Positions 38,203 to 48,385 of a stretch of 53,482 nt of DNA are shown piece after piece. Made by a program: the position numbers and the translations under genes. The stretch is taken from assembly GCA_049663505.1 (NCBI GenBank), contig JBATDO010000112.1:1-53482 (forward strand). The letters are read 5' to 3'. Position 1 is the stretch's first letter; every line of letters begins with the position of its first letter. Source of the DNA: Sphingorhabdus sp. (GTDB taxonomy: Bacteria > Pseudomonadota > Alphaproteobacteria > Sphingomonadales > Sphingomonadaceae). The notes under the pieces are model-generated. The model searched no databases. It was not told the origin of the DNA and was given only the letters and a program-made list of their open reading frames with translations.

Positions 38203-39398
38203 GTAACAGTGTGAAGCAACCTCTCAAGGGTTTTCGCGTTCTGTCTGCTGAGCAATACGGTGCCGGTCCTTACGGTACCATGTTCCTTGCGCAGTTGGGC
38301 GCGGACGTTATAAAAATTGAACCGCCAAAAATCGGCGATACCGCGCGCCATGTCGGGCCGCATTGGTTGCGTGAGTCAGAGAGCCTTTATTTCCAAAGTT
38401 TCAATCTCAACAAACGTTCGCTGACATTGGATCTACGCAGCGAAGAGGGCTCGGAAATCCTGCACAAACTGGTCAAGTGTTCGCACGTTATGGCGAACAA
38501 CTTGCGGGGGGATGTGCCGGGGAAAATCGGGCTGGATTATGATAGCTTGAAGTCTGTTAATCCGGCTATCGTCTGCGCCCATATCTCCGCCTATGGCCGC
38601 GATAATGAACGCTCGAAATGGCCCGGCTATGATTATCTAATGCAGGCCGAGGCTGGATTTTGCGCGCTGACCGGAGAACCCGAAGGTCCCCCGATACGCT
38701 TTGGTTTGTCGATGGTTGACTTTATGTCCGGTGCACAAATGGCTGTAGGTTTGCTCGCAGCTTTGCTTGATGCCGGACGGACTGGGGAAGGCTGCGATGT
38801 CGACGTGGACCTGCTTTCTGCTGCGGTGCATCAGACGAGCTATCCCGCGCTTTGGTACATGAATGAAGGCGATGTGACCCAGCGTCTTGCACGTGGCGCG
38901 CATCCATCCGTCACGCCTAGCCAGATGTTCAAGGCCTCCGATGGATGGATGTTTGTTTTGGCGCAGATCCCGAAATTTTGGCCGGTGCTGTGCGAAAAAA
39001 TCCAACGCGTTGATCTTACCAACGATCCGCGTTTTGATACACCGGCCAACCGGCTAAAATACCGTAGCGAGTTAACTGATATACTTGATGAAGTTTTCAG
39101 TGCGCATCCAGTGGGGCATTGGATGGAAATCCTGCAAGGCAAAATACCTGCTGCGCCGGTGTATACGCTCGACGACGCGCTCGACAATCCGTGGCTAAAA
39201 ACAATTAATATGCGCCAGACAATTAGCCATCCAGACCGCAAGGATATGGATGTGCTTGCCAGTCCAATTAAACTTAACGGCAAACGGTTGCCCAATCGTG
39301 CAGGGCCATTATTGGGCGCGGACAGCGGCGATATACTTGGAGAAATCGGTTATGACGCCAATGCCGTCGCAGGTCTACGCGCGAAGGGAGTTGTTTAA
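38199..39398 (+). CDS. CaiB/BaiF (family III) CoA-transferase
   Basis: PLKGFRVL, LGADVIKIEPP, NLNKRSLTLDL, PGYD. Confidence 0.93.
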   Translation: MSNSVKQPLKGFRVLSAEQYGAGPYGTMFLAQLGADVIKIEPPKIGDTARHVGPHWLRESESLYFQSFNLNKRSLTLDLRSEEGSEILHKLVKCSHVMANNLRGDVPGKIGLDYDSLKSVNPAIVCAHISAYGRDNERSKWPGYDYLMQAEAGFCALTGEPEGPPIRFGLSMVDFMSGAQMAVGLLAALLDAGRTGEGCDVDVDLLSAAVHQTSYPALWYMNEGDVTQRLARGAHPSVTPSQMFKASDGWMFVLAQIPKFWPVLCEKIQRVDLTNDPRFDTPANRLKYRSELTDILDEVFSAHPVGHWMEILQGKIPAAPVYTLDDALDNPWLKTINMRQTISHPDRKDMDVLASPIKLNGKRLPNRAGPLLGADSGDILGEIGYDANAVAGLRAKGVV

Positions 39399-39403
39399 TC
39401 CCA

Positions 39404-40486
39404 ATGGGCAAACTTACCGGCATAACTGTTGTTGATCTCTCCCTATTTCTGCCGGGACCGATGATGACAATGATGATGGCCGATCATGGCGCGCAGGTTA
39501 TCAAGGTCGAACCGCAAGCTGGTGATCCAGCGCGCGGTATGGAGCCGATGGAGGCTGGGCAATCGGTATGGTTTCGAAACCTTAATCGCGGCAAAACATC
39601 GAGGGCGCTTGATTTGAAATCTGAAGGCGGCAAAGCGGCATTGTGGGATTTGCTGAGCCGCGCTGATGTCATGGTCGAGGGATTTCGTCCCGGCGTGATG
39701 AAACGGCTGGGCTTTGATTATGAGGCGGTGTCCAGACGCCATCCGAAAATTGTCTATTGCTCGATCTCCGCTTTTGGCCAGAGTGGGGAGATGGCGCATC
39801 ATCCCGCGCATGACATGGCGGTGCAGGCATTAACCGGGTTTCTGTTGGTGAATGACGGACCTGACGGAACGCCGGTTGTGCCGGGTGTGCCATCTGCGGA
39901 TATGGCTGCGGGGTTGAACGGACTATCCGCGGTTTTAATGGCGCTAATCGGTCGAGAGAAAACCGGGCGCGGTGATTATATCGACATTGCCATGCTGGAC
40001 TCTATGTTACCATGGTGTGCACATATAGCGGGCGATGCGATAAGTGGCGGCGAAGCACCCGTATCACATTTACAACGCTCGTTGGGCGGCGCGGCTTTTT
40101 ATAATGTCTATCGCACGGCAGACGCAAAATATGTGGTTTTAGGTGGGCGTGAACCCAAATTTGCGAGAGCACTCCTGACTGCTCTTGATCGCCTCGACCT
40201 CATGCCCCTTGCCGAAAGTGACGCTGGCACGGTTCAACAACCGCTGATCGACTATCTGTGCGGCACTTTCGCAACGCGGTCCCGCGATGAGTGGGTCAAA
40301 TGGTTTGCTGATAAGGGGGTCGCATTTTCGCCCGTCCTTGATTTTCGCGAAGCTCTCGATCAGGACTTTTTGCGGAAACGGGGTCTGCTGATTGAATCGG
40401 ATGGCGCGCATCAAATCGGTCCGTCTTTCAGGTTTGCTTCCGAAGAGAAGTGGATACCAAAACCCGCACCAGAGCTGGGAAAATGA
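39404..40486 (+). CDS. CaiB/BaiF (family III) CoA-transferase/racemase-like
   Basis: LPGP, NRGK, EGFRPGVMKRLG, PAHD. Confidence 0.92.
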   Translation: MGKLTGITVVDLSLFLPGPMMTMMMADHGAQVIKVEPQAGDPARGMEPMEAGQSVWFRNLNRGKTSRALDLKSEGGKAALWDLLSRADVMVEGFRPGVMKRLGFDYEAVSRRHPKIVYCSISAFGQSGEMAHHPAHDMAVQALTGFLLVNDGPDGTPVVPGVPSADMAAGLNGLSAVLMALIGREKTGRGDYIDIAMLDSMLPWCAHIAGDAISGGEAPVSHLQRSLGGAAFYNVYRTADAKYVVLGGREPKFARALLTALDRLDLMPLAESDAGTVQQPLIDYLCGTFATRSRDEWVKWFADKGVAFSPVLDFREALDQDFLRKRGLLIESDGAHQIGPSFRFASEEKWIPKPAPELGK

Positions 40487-40491
40487 GCCGG

Positions 40492-41268
40492 TTAATCCAC
40501 CTCAATGTGCATGGAGTAAGCAAAGCGTTCGCCGGGGTGATAACTCGCGGAAATTTCAAACAGCCGGTCAGCCTCGTCAAAATAGCAACGCAAAATCCGC
40601 AGCACCGGATCGTCCTTTTCGATCCCCAGGTCAGCAGCAATATCCTTCGCGGCCTTAATTGCCTGTATATCCTGGGTCACACGGGATACCGTCACTTTTC
40701 CATATTGCTCAAGCTGCGCAAACAAGGTTGTGGCATCAAGTTCAATCTGCGCCACGGCGTCCGACAGATCAGGATGCACCCACGCTTCTGTAACGGCAAT
40801 AGGACGACGACGTCCTTCCTTACGGCGCGTTCCGTGGAACATAAACCATTTGCCATTCGCGGGAACGCCGATTTGCCCGGCTACATCTTTGGGAATCTTG
40901 GCCGGATCGCGGCGTTCAAACTTGATATACGTATCACGCGCATATTGCAGAATTTCACCGACATTACTGAGCGGTTGATGCAGCGCACCGGCTCGCGCAC
41001 TCGCGCGTTGAACCACCGATCCCGAACCACGTTTACGAGTGATCAGTCCCTCGCTGGTCAGCTTTCGCAAGGCTTCACGTACCGTAAATCTACTGACATC
41101 GTATTTTTTACAAAGTACAGATTCTGTGGGAAATTTGCCAGCCGTGGCATATTCGCCCTGCAAAACCGCATCGCGCAGTTCGTTGGCCAGCTCAATATAA
41201 CGCGGCGTTGTTTTGGCTTTTTTAGCTTTGATCGGATACACGATCGCCAATTTATCCTGATCCAGCAT
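40492..41268 (-). CDS. GntR-family regulator, HutC subfamily (UTRA domain)
   Basis: FPTESVLCKKYDVSRFTVREALRKL...RKRGSGS winged HTH; UTRA-like C-terminus; alternative start 41289. Confidence 0.93.
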   Translation of the reverse strand: MLDQDKLAIVYPIKAKKAKTTPRYIELANELRDAVLQGEYATAGKFPTESVLCKKYDVSRFTVREALRKLTSEGLITRKRGSGSVVQRASARAGALHQPLSNVGEILQYARDTYIKFERRDPAKIPKDVAGQIGVPANGKWFMFHGTRRKEGRRRPIAVTEAWVHPDLSDAVAQIELDATTLFAQLEQYGKVTVSRVTQDIQAIKAAKDIAADLGIEKDDPVLRILRCYFDEADRLFEISASYHPGERFAYSMHIEVD

Positions 41269-41309
41269 TGTTTTATCATACGGGGGCAATGCCGGTGACG
41301 CAAGATAGA

Positions 41310-42536
41310 ATGGAAGAGAGTCTTACCGAGAAACTCGCTACTCACCTGACGCGGCCTGTGGATGAGGAAACCCGCCAACGCGGGCGGTTGCACTTGCTGG
41401 ATTGGCTGGGTTGTGTTGCGGGGGCGCTTTCTACAGATTCAGGAAAGAGAAATGCAGGCGATCATGAGCACGCAACTTCGTGGCTCGGAAATATACTGGA
41501 GATGGATGACATTCATCGAACGTCAATTCTTCATCCGGGGCCAGTCATTTGGCCAGCGGTCGAAATTAAATTTCCTTCGATGGATAAACTTCTGGATGCA
41601 GCGATCCGTGGCTATGAAGCAATCATTTCCATCGGGACAACATTTGACTCCCAGCACTATAGTTTTTTCCACAACACCGCCACTGCGGGAGTCTTTGGAT
41701 CGGCCGTTGTTTGCCTTCCGATGATTGAACCAACAAAAGACGATTATGCAAATGTTCTCGGCTTGGTAGGCAGTGTGGCAGGAGGCCTCTGGCAACTTCG
41801 CCATGAGCAATCCGATGCCAAACAATGGCACATCGCTCACGCATTTAGGACTGGATGGGCAGCGTCTTTGGCGGTTGCCAATGGAAATTCTGGACCCCGC
41901 TTCATCCTCGAGGGACCGCAGGGACTATACGCTGCAACTTGCAGAAATCCCAAACCCATGAGTTTAGCTAATCATTGGCGGATTCATGAAGTTAGCTTTA
42001 AACCGTGGGGCGCCTGTCGCCATGCCCACCCAGCGATCGATGCGGCGCTCCAGTTGAAAGAAAAGCTGGGTAAACTAGATGGTGATGTTCGGGTGGAAAC
42101 CTATGCTGATGCGATAACTTTTTGCGATTGCCCAACTCCCAAAACCGTTGTCGATGCAAAATTCTCGATTCAGCACTGCGTTGCTATTGTTGCCGAGCGA
42201 GGTGCACCGCAACTTGCCGATTTTGAGCCTGACGCAATTGCTGCGCTTGCCGATACGCGAAGCCGGATAAATGTATCTCAAACACCTGACATCGTAGTGC
42301 GATATCCGGAACACTATGGTGCGCGCGTGACATGCGGCGGTGCGAGCGTCGAACTGGTTGATACGCTCGGGGACCCAGAACGGCCTTTGTCGAGGGATGG
42401 CATTGTTGCCAAAGCGAAGATGCTGATCGCTTGGGGCGGTCTGCCCGAAGTGGAAGCAGACCGTGCGATTGATCTGGCGCTAAATGGCGATGATCCAGCG
42501 GCAGTTCACAAAATGCTGAAGGGTTGGTTGTCATGA
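41310..42536 (+). CDS. MmgE/PrpD family protein
   Basis: LLDWLGC, EMDDIH...ILHPG, KPWGACRHAHPAID, AKFS. Confidence 0.9.
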   Translation: MEESLTEKLATHLTRPVDEETRQRGRLHLLDWLGCVAGALSTDSGKRNAGDHEHATSWLGNILEMDDIHRTSILHPGPVIWPAVEIKFPSMDKLLDAAIRGYEAIISIGTTFDSQHYSFFHNTATAGVFGSAVVCLPMIEPTKDDYANVLGLVGSVAGGLWQLRHEQSDAKQWHIAHAFRTGWAASLAVANGNSGPRFILEGPQGLYAATCRNPKPMSLANHWRIHEVSFKPWGACRHAHPAIDAALQLKEKLGKLDGDVRVETYADAITFCDCPTPKTVVDAKFSIQHCVAIVAERGAPQLADFEPDAIAALADTRSRINVSQTPDIVVRYPEHYGARVTCGGASVELVDTLGDPERPLSRDGIVAKAKMLIAWGGLPEVEADRAIDLALNGDDPAAVHKMLKGWLS

Positions 42537-43840
42537 GCGCGACCACGGCTATATTGGATTTTGCAGCGGTGGATCATGTCTTGTCAGAAGCCACCAAAGC
42601 AGCTGCTCTTAGTTTGCTAGGCGATACTCTAGCTGGCGGTGCGGCTGGCGCTATGTCTGCTGAAGCACAGGTAATGTTATCCGCTGTGCGCGGTTGGGGT
42701 CATGGCAATGACGCCCGACTTTTGGGTTTGCATGATGAATTACCTGGACCATCCGCCGCTTGGTTTAACGGCTTTGCTATACACTGTCTGGAATGGGACG
42801 CGGTGCACGAACGGGCGGTGGTCCACGCGATGTCTGTGGTCACAGCAGCGCTGTTGGCGGCTGTTGATCTAAAAGGCGGGTGCGATGCCGATGATTTTCT
42901 CACAGCCTTATGCGTCGGCGTAGACATTGCCAGTGGAATGGGTGTTGCGGCAACTGGTGCAATGCAGTTTTTTAGGCCGTCAACGGCTGGTGTGATCGGA
43001 GCAGCCCTTGCTGTAGCGCGCTTGGAAAAACTTCCGCAAAAAAAATATGCCAATGTGATGGGGCTAGCCTATTCGCAGGCAGCAGGTACGATGCAGGCGC
43101 ATGTCGAAGCATCGATTGCACTGCCATTACAAATAGCCAATGCTTCTCGATGTGCCATCACAGCGGTTGATTTAGCAAAGGCCGGAATGGACGGGCCCCA
43201 TGATGCGCTGGAAGGAGCGTTCGGTTATTTCAAGCTGTTCGAGCCGGGTGACTTGCCTCGCTATACCGATGGCATTGGGTCAAAATGGCTAATCGAAGAA
43301 GTCAGTATCAAACCTTTCCCATCTGGTCGGGCTAGTCACGCAATATTGGGTGCAATCGACAATATGATGAGGGATGGGTCGCTTGATCCATCGCATGTTG
43401 TATCAGTCGATGTATCGGCTCCGCCTCTAATCCATCGCCTCGTTGGGCGGCCCTATAACACCGACATGACACCCTCATACGCGCGTCTATGCCTGCCATT
43501 TCTAGTGCCCCTGATGCTACGTGACCGGATCATAGACCCGCGCTGTTTTACACCACAAGAATTTGCCAATACGGACATATTGAAACTTGGTGAGAAAGTA
43601 GTCGTGAGCATCGACGAAAATCCCGACCAAAATGCGCTGGCTCCGCAGAAGCTCACTATCACAATGTCAGACGGCAGTGTTATCGAACATACCATCATAG
43701 ATAATCTAGGCAGTCCGAATGCACCGATGTCGGATGCTCAAACCAGATCCAAACGGGATCTCGCTCGAGCGCTCGCCGGCGATGTATGTGATCCCCGAAT
43801 ATTCGACAATCCTCTAGCATATGCGACGGAGCCCCAATGA
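42533..43840 (+). CDS. MmgE/PrpD family protein
   Basis: HCLEWDAVH, LEGAFGYF, KPFPSGRASH; ATGA overlap. Confidence 0.9.
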   Translation: MSATTAILDFAAVDHVLSEATKAAALSLLGDTLAGGAAGAMSAEAQVMLSAVRGWGHGNDARLLGLHDELPGPSAAWFNGFAIHCLEWDAVHERAVVHAMSVVTAALLAAVDLKGGCDADDFLTALCVGVDIASGMGVAATGAMQFFRPSTAGVIGAALAVARLEKLPQKKYANVMGLAYSQAAGTMQAHVEASIALPLQIANASRCAITAVDLAKAGMDGPHDALEGAFGYFKLFEPGDLPRYTDGIGSKWLIEEVSIKPFPSGRASHAILGAIDNMMRDGSLDPSHVVSVDVSAPPLIHRLVGRPYNTDMTPSYARLCLPFLVPLMLRDRIIDPRCFTPQEFANTDILKLGEKVVVSIDENPDQNALAPQKLTITMSDGSVIEHTIIDNLGSPNAPMSDAQTRSKRDLARALAGDVCDPRIFDNPLAYATEPQ

Positions 43841-45198
43841 CCTTTCCAACCTATTTTGAAACCTTTGATGCAAAACAGATACTCGAACAATATCCGGTCG
43901 GCGATGCTTTTGTGGACCGCTACAGCAACATGTCGCGTGATGAACTATTTGCGATGCAGAATAAGCAGTTTATAAAATTGATGCAACGCGGCTGGGAAAT
44001 CCCTTTTTACAAACGCCTGTGGGGCAATCAGGGTATAGAAGCGGGTGATATCAAAGGTCTGACGGACATTATCAAACTGCCCGTTTATGACAAAACTGAT
44101 CTTATGGCTTCAGTAAATGATTGCCCGCCATATGGCGACTTCGATGGACGCGGAGACACCCCGGTCATCTTTCACACTACTTCCGGAACAACTGGACGAC
44201 CGCAACCGTTGATGTTCGGTCCTAAAGGGCGCGAAATAACTAATCTTCTTGTCGGCCGGATGTACCGTTGGATGGGGCTGGGCAGGGACGATGTGGTGCA
44301 ATCAGTATATGGTCACGGAATGATCAATGGTGGCCATTACATCCGTGAAGCAGTCACGCATTTCACAAATTCGCTATTCCTTAGTGCCGGGACCGGCATC
44401 GAAACGCGGTCGATAAATCAAGTCAATTTAATGGCTGACTTTAACGTCACCTGCATGGTTGGTTTCGTCGATTATATTCGTAAACTGGCTAATGTCGCTG
44501 AAGCAGAAAAGCTGTTTGACCGGATTAATCTGAAAATGATCATTGGTCATTTGGGGACCGAGAATCGTGCTGCTACCGAAGCTGCTTGGCACGGTGCAAA
44601 AGCCTATGACTGGTATGGAGTTGGTGATACCGGAGCCATCGCCGGCGAAGGCCCAGATCGTGACGGTATGTACGTCTGGGAAGATGCTCAGTACCTAGAA
44701 TTGCTGGATGTCGATAGCGGCGCGCCGGTCACACCGGGTGAGACTGGCGATATGGTCGTGACCTGCCTGTTCAAGGATGATATCGCGCCGTGCATCCGTT
44801 TCAATTCGCATGACATAACAGAAGAACGGACGGATACAAATTCGACCGGTATGGTGTTCAAACGCATCACCGGCTTTAAGGGCCGCAGCGACAATATGGT
44901 CAAGTTGCGTGGTATTAATATTTTCCCGCATGCGATTGGCGCAATTATCGAAGGCCGTAGCGATTTGACGGGCGAATATGTTTGCCGAGTGACTCGTGAT
45001 GAAGCCGGGCGCGATGATATGCATGTGACGCTGGAAAGCTGTGTCGGTTGCAATAGCAGCGAAATCGCCGCCCTACTTCGCAAGGGGATCGGAATTGAAG
45101 TTGGCGTCGCATTGGTTGGTGCAGGTGAAACTGCGATCGATACCCAGATTGAAACTCGTCAAAAACCCATACGCCTGATCGACGAGCGGGGGCTTTGA
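43837..45198 (+). CDS. Phenylacetate-CoA ligase-family acyl-CoA ligase
   Basis: TTSGTTG P-loop, GRSDNMVKLRGINIFP. Confidence 0.88.
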   Translation: MTFPTYFETFDAKQILEQYPVGDAFVDRYSNMSRDELFAMQNKQFIKLMQRGWEIPFYKRLWGNQGIEAGDIKGLTDIIKLPVYDKTDLMASVNDCPPYGDFDGRGDTPVIFHTTSGTTGRPQPLMFGPKGREITNLLVGRMYRWMGLGRDDVVQSVYGHGMINGGHYIREAVTHFTNSLFLSAGTGIETRSINQVNLMADFNVTCMVGFVDYIRKLANVAEAEKLFDRINLKMIIGHLGTENRAATEAAWHGAKAYDWYGVGDTGAIAGEGPDRDGMYVWEDAQYLELLDVDSGAPVTPGETGDMVVTCLFKDDIAPCIRFNSHDITEERTDTNSTGMVFKRITGFKGRSDNMVKLRGINIFPHAIGAIIEGRSDLTGEYVCRVTRDEAGRDDMHVTLESCVGCNSSEIAALLRKGIGIEVGVALVGAGETAIDTQIETRQKPIRLIDERGL

Positions 45199-45199
45199 T

Positions 45200-46402
45200 A
45201 TGGTCATCAAATGGGATGATCTTGAAGCAGCCAATGCAACGCTTAATGCCTACACAGACTTTGACACGAAAGCTCATTTTGGCGATGGGCCACTGGAGAA
45301 CATTACCATTGGTGTGAAAGCCAATATCGCTGTGGAAGGTTTGCCTTGGACTGGCGGCATGAATGCTTATCGCGACCGTGTTGCGGACCAAGATGCGGAG
45401 ACCGTGAAACGGCTACGTAACGCTGGGGCGGCAATCATAGGCTCGCTTAACATGGAAGAAGCTGCGCTGGGAGCCAAGACAGACAATCCGTTCTTTGGCG
45501 CGACCCAGAATCCGCACAAGATTGGTTTTACGCCGGGTGGCTCGTCGGGCGGCAGCGGAGCGGCCGTTGCAGCTGGTCTGTGCGATGTTGCTTTGGGTAC
45601 TGATACAATGGGCTCGGTTCGCGTGCCAGCGGCTTATTGCGGTGTATATGGCCTGAAACCTTCGCGCGGCGCGGTGAGCCAAGACGGTCTGGAGCTGTGC
45701 GAGCCATCGCTCGATACCATTGGACCTATCGCGCGGTCCCTAGAGACATTGGAAACCACTTCGCGGGTGATGATTGATTTTTCCACCACACAAGTAATTG
45801 ATAATATTGTTCTATTGGAAAATCTCGGTGAAGTCGAGTGTGAACGGGCGGTACTGGCGGCCTACGAAAACGCAAAAAAAATTCTTGGTGCGCGGGCCAC
45901 ATTTTCGCTGCCATTTCCTCTTACGCGCGTTCGCTTTGCTGGATTTATCCTATCGTCATTGGCGTTGGCGAACAGCCTGTCTGACATTGTCAAAAATAAT
46001 CCAGATGGCCTGTCCGACCATCTCAGGAATCTATTGACCTATGGGCCAAAGCGCGGTGCTGACGATCTGGCAGAAGATCGTGACATTCTCGACCAGGTCG
46101 GCGCGGCTCTTGTCTCGGCCGTTGGTGTACATGGCGCGATTTTGCTTCCGACAACACCGCAGGCCGCGTTCAGCCACGAAGACAAGGCCCCCGCCAATCA
46201 AGCTGACTTTACCTGTCTTGCAAGCATTGCCGGACTGCCAGCGATAACTATTCCGGCGGGTTGGAATGAATATGGAATGCCCGTTGGCGTGCAGTTAGTT
46301 GGTGCAACTGGGAACGAAGCAGGACTATTTGAACTGGCGCGGAAACTGGATGATAAATTGGACGCCTACCGCCCGCCAGAGGCATTCATGGGAAAATCAT
46401 AA
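45200..46402 (+). CDS. Amidase-signature family amidase
   Basis: VKANI, PGGSSGGSGAAVAAG, GTDTMGSVRVPA. Confidence 0.93.
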   Translation: MVIKWDDLEAANATLNAYTDFDTKAHFGDGPLENITIGVKANIAVEGLPWTGGMNAYRDRVADQDAETVKRLRNAGAAIIGSLNMEEAALGAKTDNPFFGATQNPHKIGFTPGGSSGGSGAAVAAGLCDVALGTDTMGSVRVPAAYCGVYGLKPSRGAVSQDGLELCEPSLDTIGPIARSLETLETTSRVMIDFSTTQVIDNIVLLENLGEVECERAVLAAYENAKKILGARATFSLPFPLTRVRFAGFILSSLALANSLSDIVKNNPDGLSDHLRNLLTYGPKRGADDLAEDRDILDQVGAALVSAVGVHGAILLPTTPQAAFSHEDKAPANQADFTCLASIAGLPAITIPAGWNEYGMPVGVQLVGATGNEAGLFELARKLDDKLDAYRPPEAFMGKS

Positions 46403-46413
46403 GGAGTAAGAAA

Positions 46414-46719
46414 ATGCGCATTATTGTTGTATTCAACTTGAAAGAGGGCGTCAATGCTGCTGACTACGAAGCTTGGGCGAAGAAGGATGACATTCCTGGT
46501 GTCAATCGGCTGGGCTCGGTTACGAACTTCACGATTCACAGAGCAAAGGGCTTGTTTGGATCAGAGGATGCTGCGCCATATCAATATGTCGAAGTGCTCG
46601 ACATCAGCAGCATGGACCCGTTTGTCGCCGATATTTCCAGCGAAGAATTTCAGCTTATGGCTGCGCCGTTTCGCGATTTTGCTGATAACCCGCAATTTAT
46701 TTTGACCGAAGACATCTGA
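46414..46719 (+). CDS. REDY-like protein HapK family
   Basis: 101 aa; IIVVFNLKEGV...YEAWA...D.P.V..L.SV..F, PYQYVEV; RBS AAGGAG. Confidence 0.75.
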   Translation: MRIIVVFNLKEGVNAADYEAWAKKDDIPGVNRLGSVTNFTIHRAKGLFGSEDAAPYQYVEVLDISSMDPFVADISSEEFQLMAAPFRDFADNPQFILTEDI

Positions 46720-47519
46720 TGTCAAAGCGTTTTGAGGGCAAAACAATTGTTGTCACTGGTTCCGGCAAAAAAAAGGGGCTGGGGCAGGGTATATTACAGC
46801 GCTTTGCAGATGAAGGCGCAAATTGCGTGGTTTCAGATGTGATCATTGGCGACGAGGAAGAAAGTGTCGCTGAGGAGTTGCGCGGGCGCGGGGTAAAAGT
46901 TGCGACCATTAATTGCGACGTAAGCGACGCGGCACAATGTCAGGCACTGGTCAATCAAAGCGTTGAAGCCTTTGGCGCGGTGGATATCTTCGTCAACAAC
47001 GCCGGAATTGGATTCATGATGAAGCCGCTGCTGGATGTGGATCCGGTGGATTGGGCGACAGTGATTGGTGTGAACTTGTCTGGCGCATTTTATTGTACAC
47101 AGGCCGCGGCAAGGGCGATGGTAAAGGCTGGCCGTGGTGGACGGATCATAAACATCGCCTCGCAGGCAGCTAAAACGGCCTTCCCTCATTTGCCCGCCTA
47201 TATCAGCTCTAAACACGGCATGGTCGGCTTAACACGAGCGAGCGCGTTAGAGCTTGGCGCGCATAAAATTACCGTCAACGCAGTTTGCCCCAATCATGTG
47301 ACGACGAGTTTAGGTGGGGAGCAGAATGAATATTTTTCAAGGTTACTCGGGTTTGAAAAAGTGGAAGATTATCTGGAAAGTATGAGCGCAAAAAACCCAA
47401 TGGGTCGTCCGGGACTGCAAACTGATACAGCGGCGGTTTGTGCTTGGCTGGCCAGTGAAGATGCTTTTTATATGACGGGTGAAGCGCTCAATATTTCGGG
47501 TGGGGAGGAAATGCACTGA
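46719..47519 (+). CDS. Short-chain dehydrogenase/reductase
   Basis: TGSG...GLG, VNNAG, YISSK. Confidence 0.93.
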   Translation: MSKRFEGKTIVVTGSGKKKGLGQGILQRFADEGANCVVSDVIIGDEEESVAEELRGRGVKVATINCDVSDAAQCQALVNQSVEAFGAVDIFVNNAGIGFMMKPLLDVDPVDWATVIGVNLSGAFYCTQAAARAMVKAGRGGRIINIASQAAKTAFPHLPAYISSKHGMVGLTRASALELGAHKITVNAVCPNHVTTSLGGEQNEYFSRLLGFEKVEDYLESMSAKNPMGRPGLQTDTAAVCAWLASEDAFYMTGEALNISGGEEMH

Positions 47520-48385
47520 TGCAAGAAGAACGTGTCGATTGGCCAGACGGCGCAAAAATTGCGCTAAGTATTGTCGTCAATGTGGAGGAAGGTAGCGAGA
47601 TGACGGTAGCGCGAGGGGATCGGGGCATGGAGCCGGTTGACGAACTCGGCATTCATATCAAATCGCCGATCCGCAATTATGGCAACGAGAGCAATTATCT
47701 TTACGGGATAAAGGCTGGGGCGCCACGCATTGTGAAGCTGCTTAAAGAATTTGATATCATGGCTAGCTGGACTGTCGCGGCGATGAGCCTAGAAAATCAT
47801 CCGGAGATTGCGGGCGCGATAGCCGAAATGGGGCATGAACCCGTAAGCCACGGTTACCGCTGGGTGCATCAGTTTAAGATGGATGAGGATAAGGAGCGTG
47901 AGTTTATCCGCAAAGCAGTCGCGTCGATTGAAAAGACTGTTGGCGTTCGCCCCTACGGTTGGCTGTCGCGCTATTTTCATACAGACAACACGCGCCGGCT
48001 GTTAATCGAAGAGGGTTTCGAGTATCATATGGATGATTATTCTGGCGATGTGCCTTTCTGGGATCGGGAAACTGTTCCTGAAAAGCCAATGACCATCGTC
48101 CCATATCAACTCGATTCAAACGATATGAAAATGTGGACAGATCCGGCGATGACACCGACGCATTGGCTGGAATATGCCAAGCGTAATTTCGATCAAGTCT
48201 ATCGTGAAGGAGAGCAAGGTAATCCCAAAATGATGTCGCTTGGGCTGCATCTGCGCATTATTGGTCGTCCCGGCCGTATTTGGGCGTTTGAAGAGTTTTT
48301 GAAGCATGTGCGGTCCAAGCAACACGTTTGGGTAACAAGCCGGCACCAGATTGCCCAGCATTTGGCAAAGGTTGATCCTGCATGA
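47519..48385 (+). CDS. Polysaccharide deacetylase family, PuuE (allantoinase)-like
   Basis: WPDGAKIALSIVVNVEEG, SHGYRW, MMSLGLHLRIIGRPGR. Confidence 0.9.
   Translation: MQEERVDWPDGAKIALSIVVNVEEGSEMTVARGDRGMEPVDELGIHIKSPIRNYGNESNYLYGIKAGAPRIVKLLKEFDIMASWTVAAMSLENHPEIAGAIAEMGHEPVSHGYRWVHQFKMDEDKEREFIRKAVASIEKTVGVRPYGWLSRYFHTDNTRRLLIEEGFEYHMDDYSGDVPFWDRETVPEKPMTIVPYQLDSNDMKMWTDPAMTPTHWLEYAKRNFDQVYREGEQGNPKMMSLGLHLRIIGRPGRIWAFEEFLKHVRSKQHVWVTSRHQIAQHLAKVDPA

Noticed and set aside
40450..41298. 282-aa plus-strand ORF
   Set aside because: Antisense shadow of the clearly recognisable gntR gene; no motifs.
43837..45198. Phenylacetate (paa) catabolism
   Set aside because: No paaABCDE, paaG or paaZ in the window; only family-level similarity.
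46414..46719. Prodiginine or other secondary-metabolite biosynthetic cluster
   Set aside because: No PKS, NRPS, carrier protein or condensing enzyme; importers and lyases indicate catabolism.
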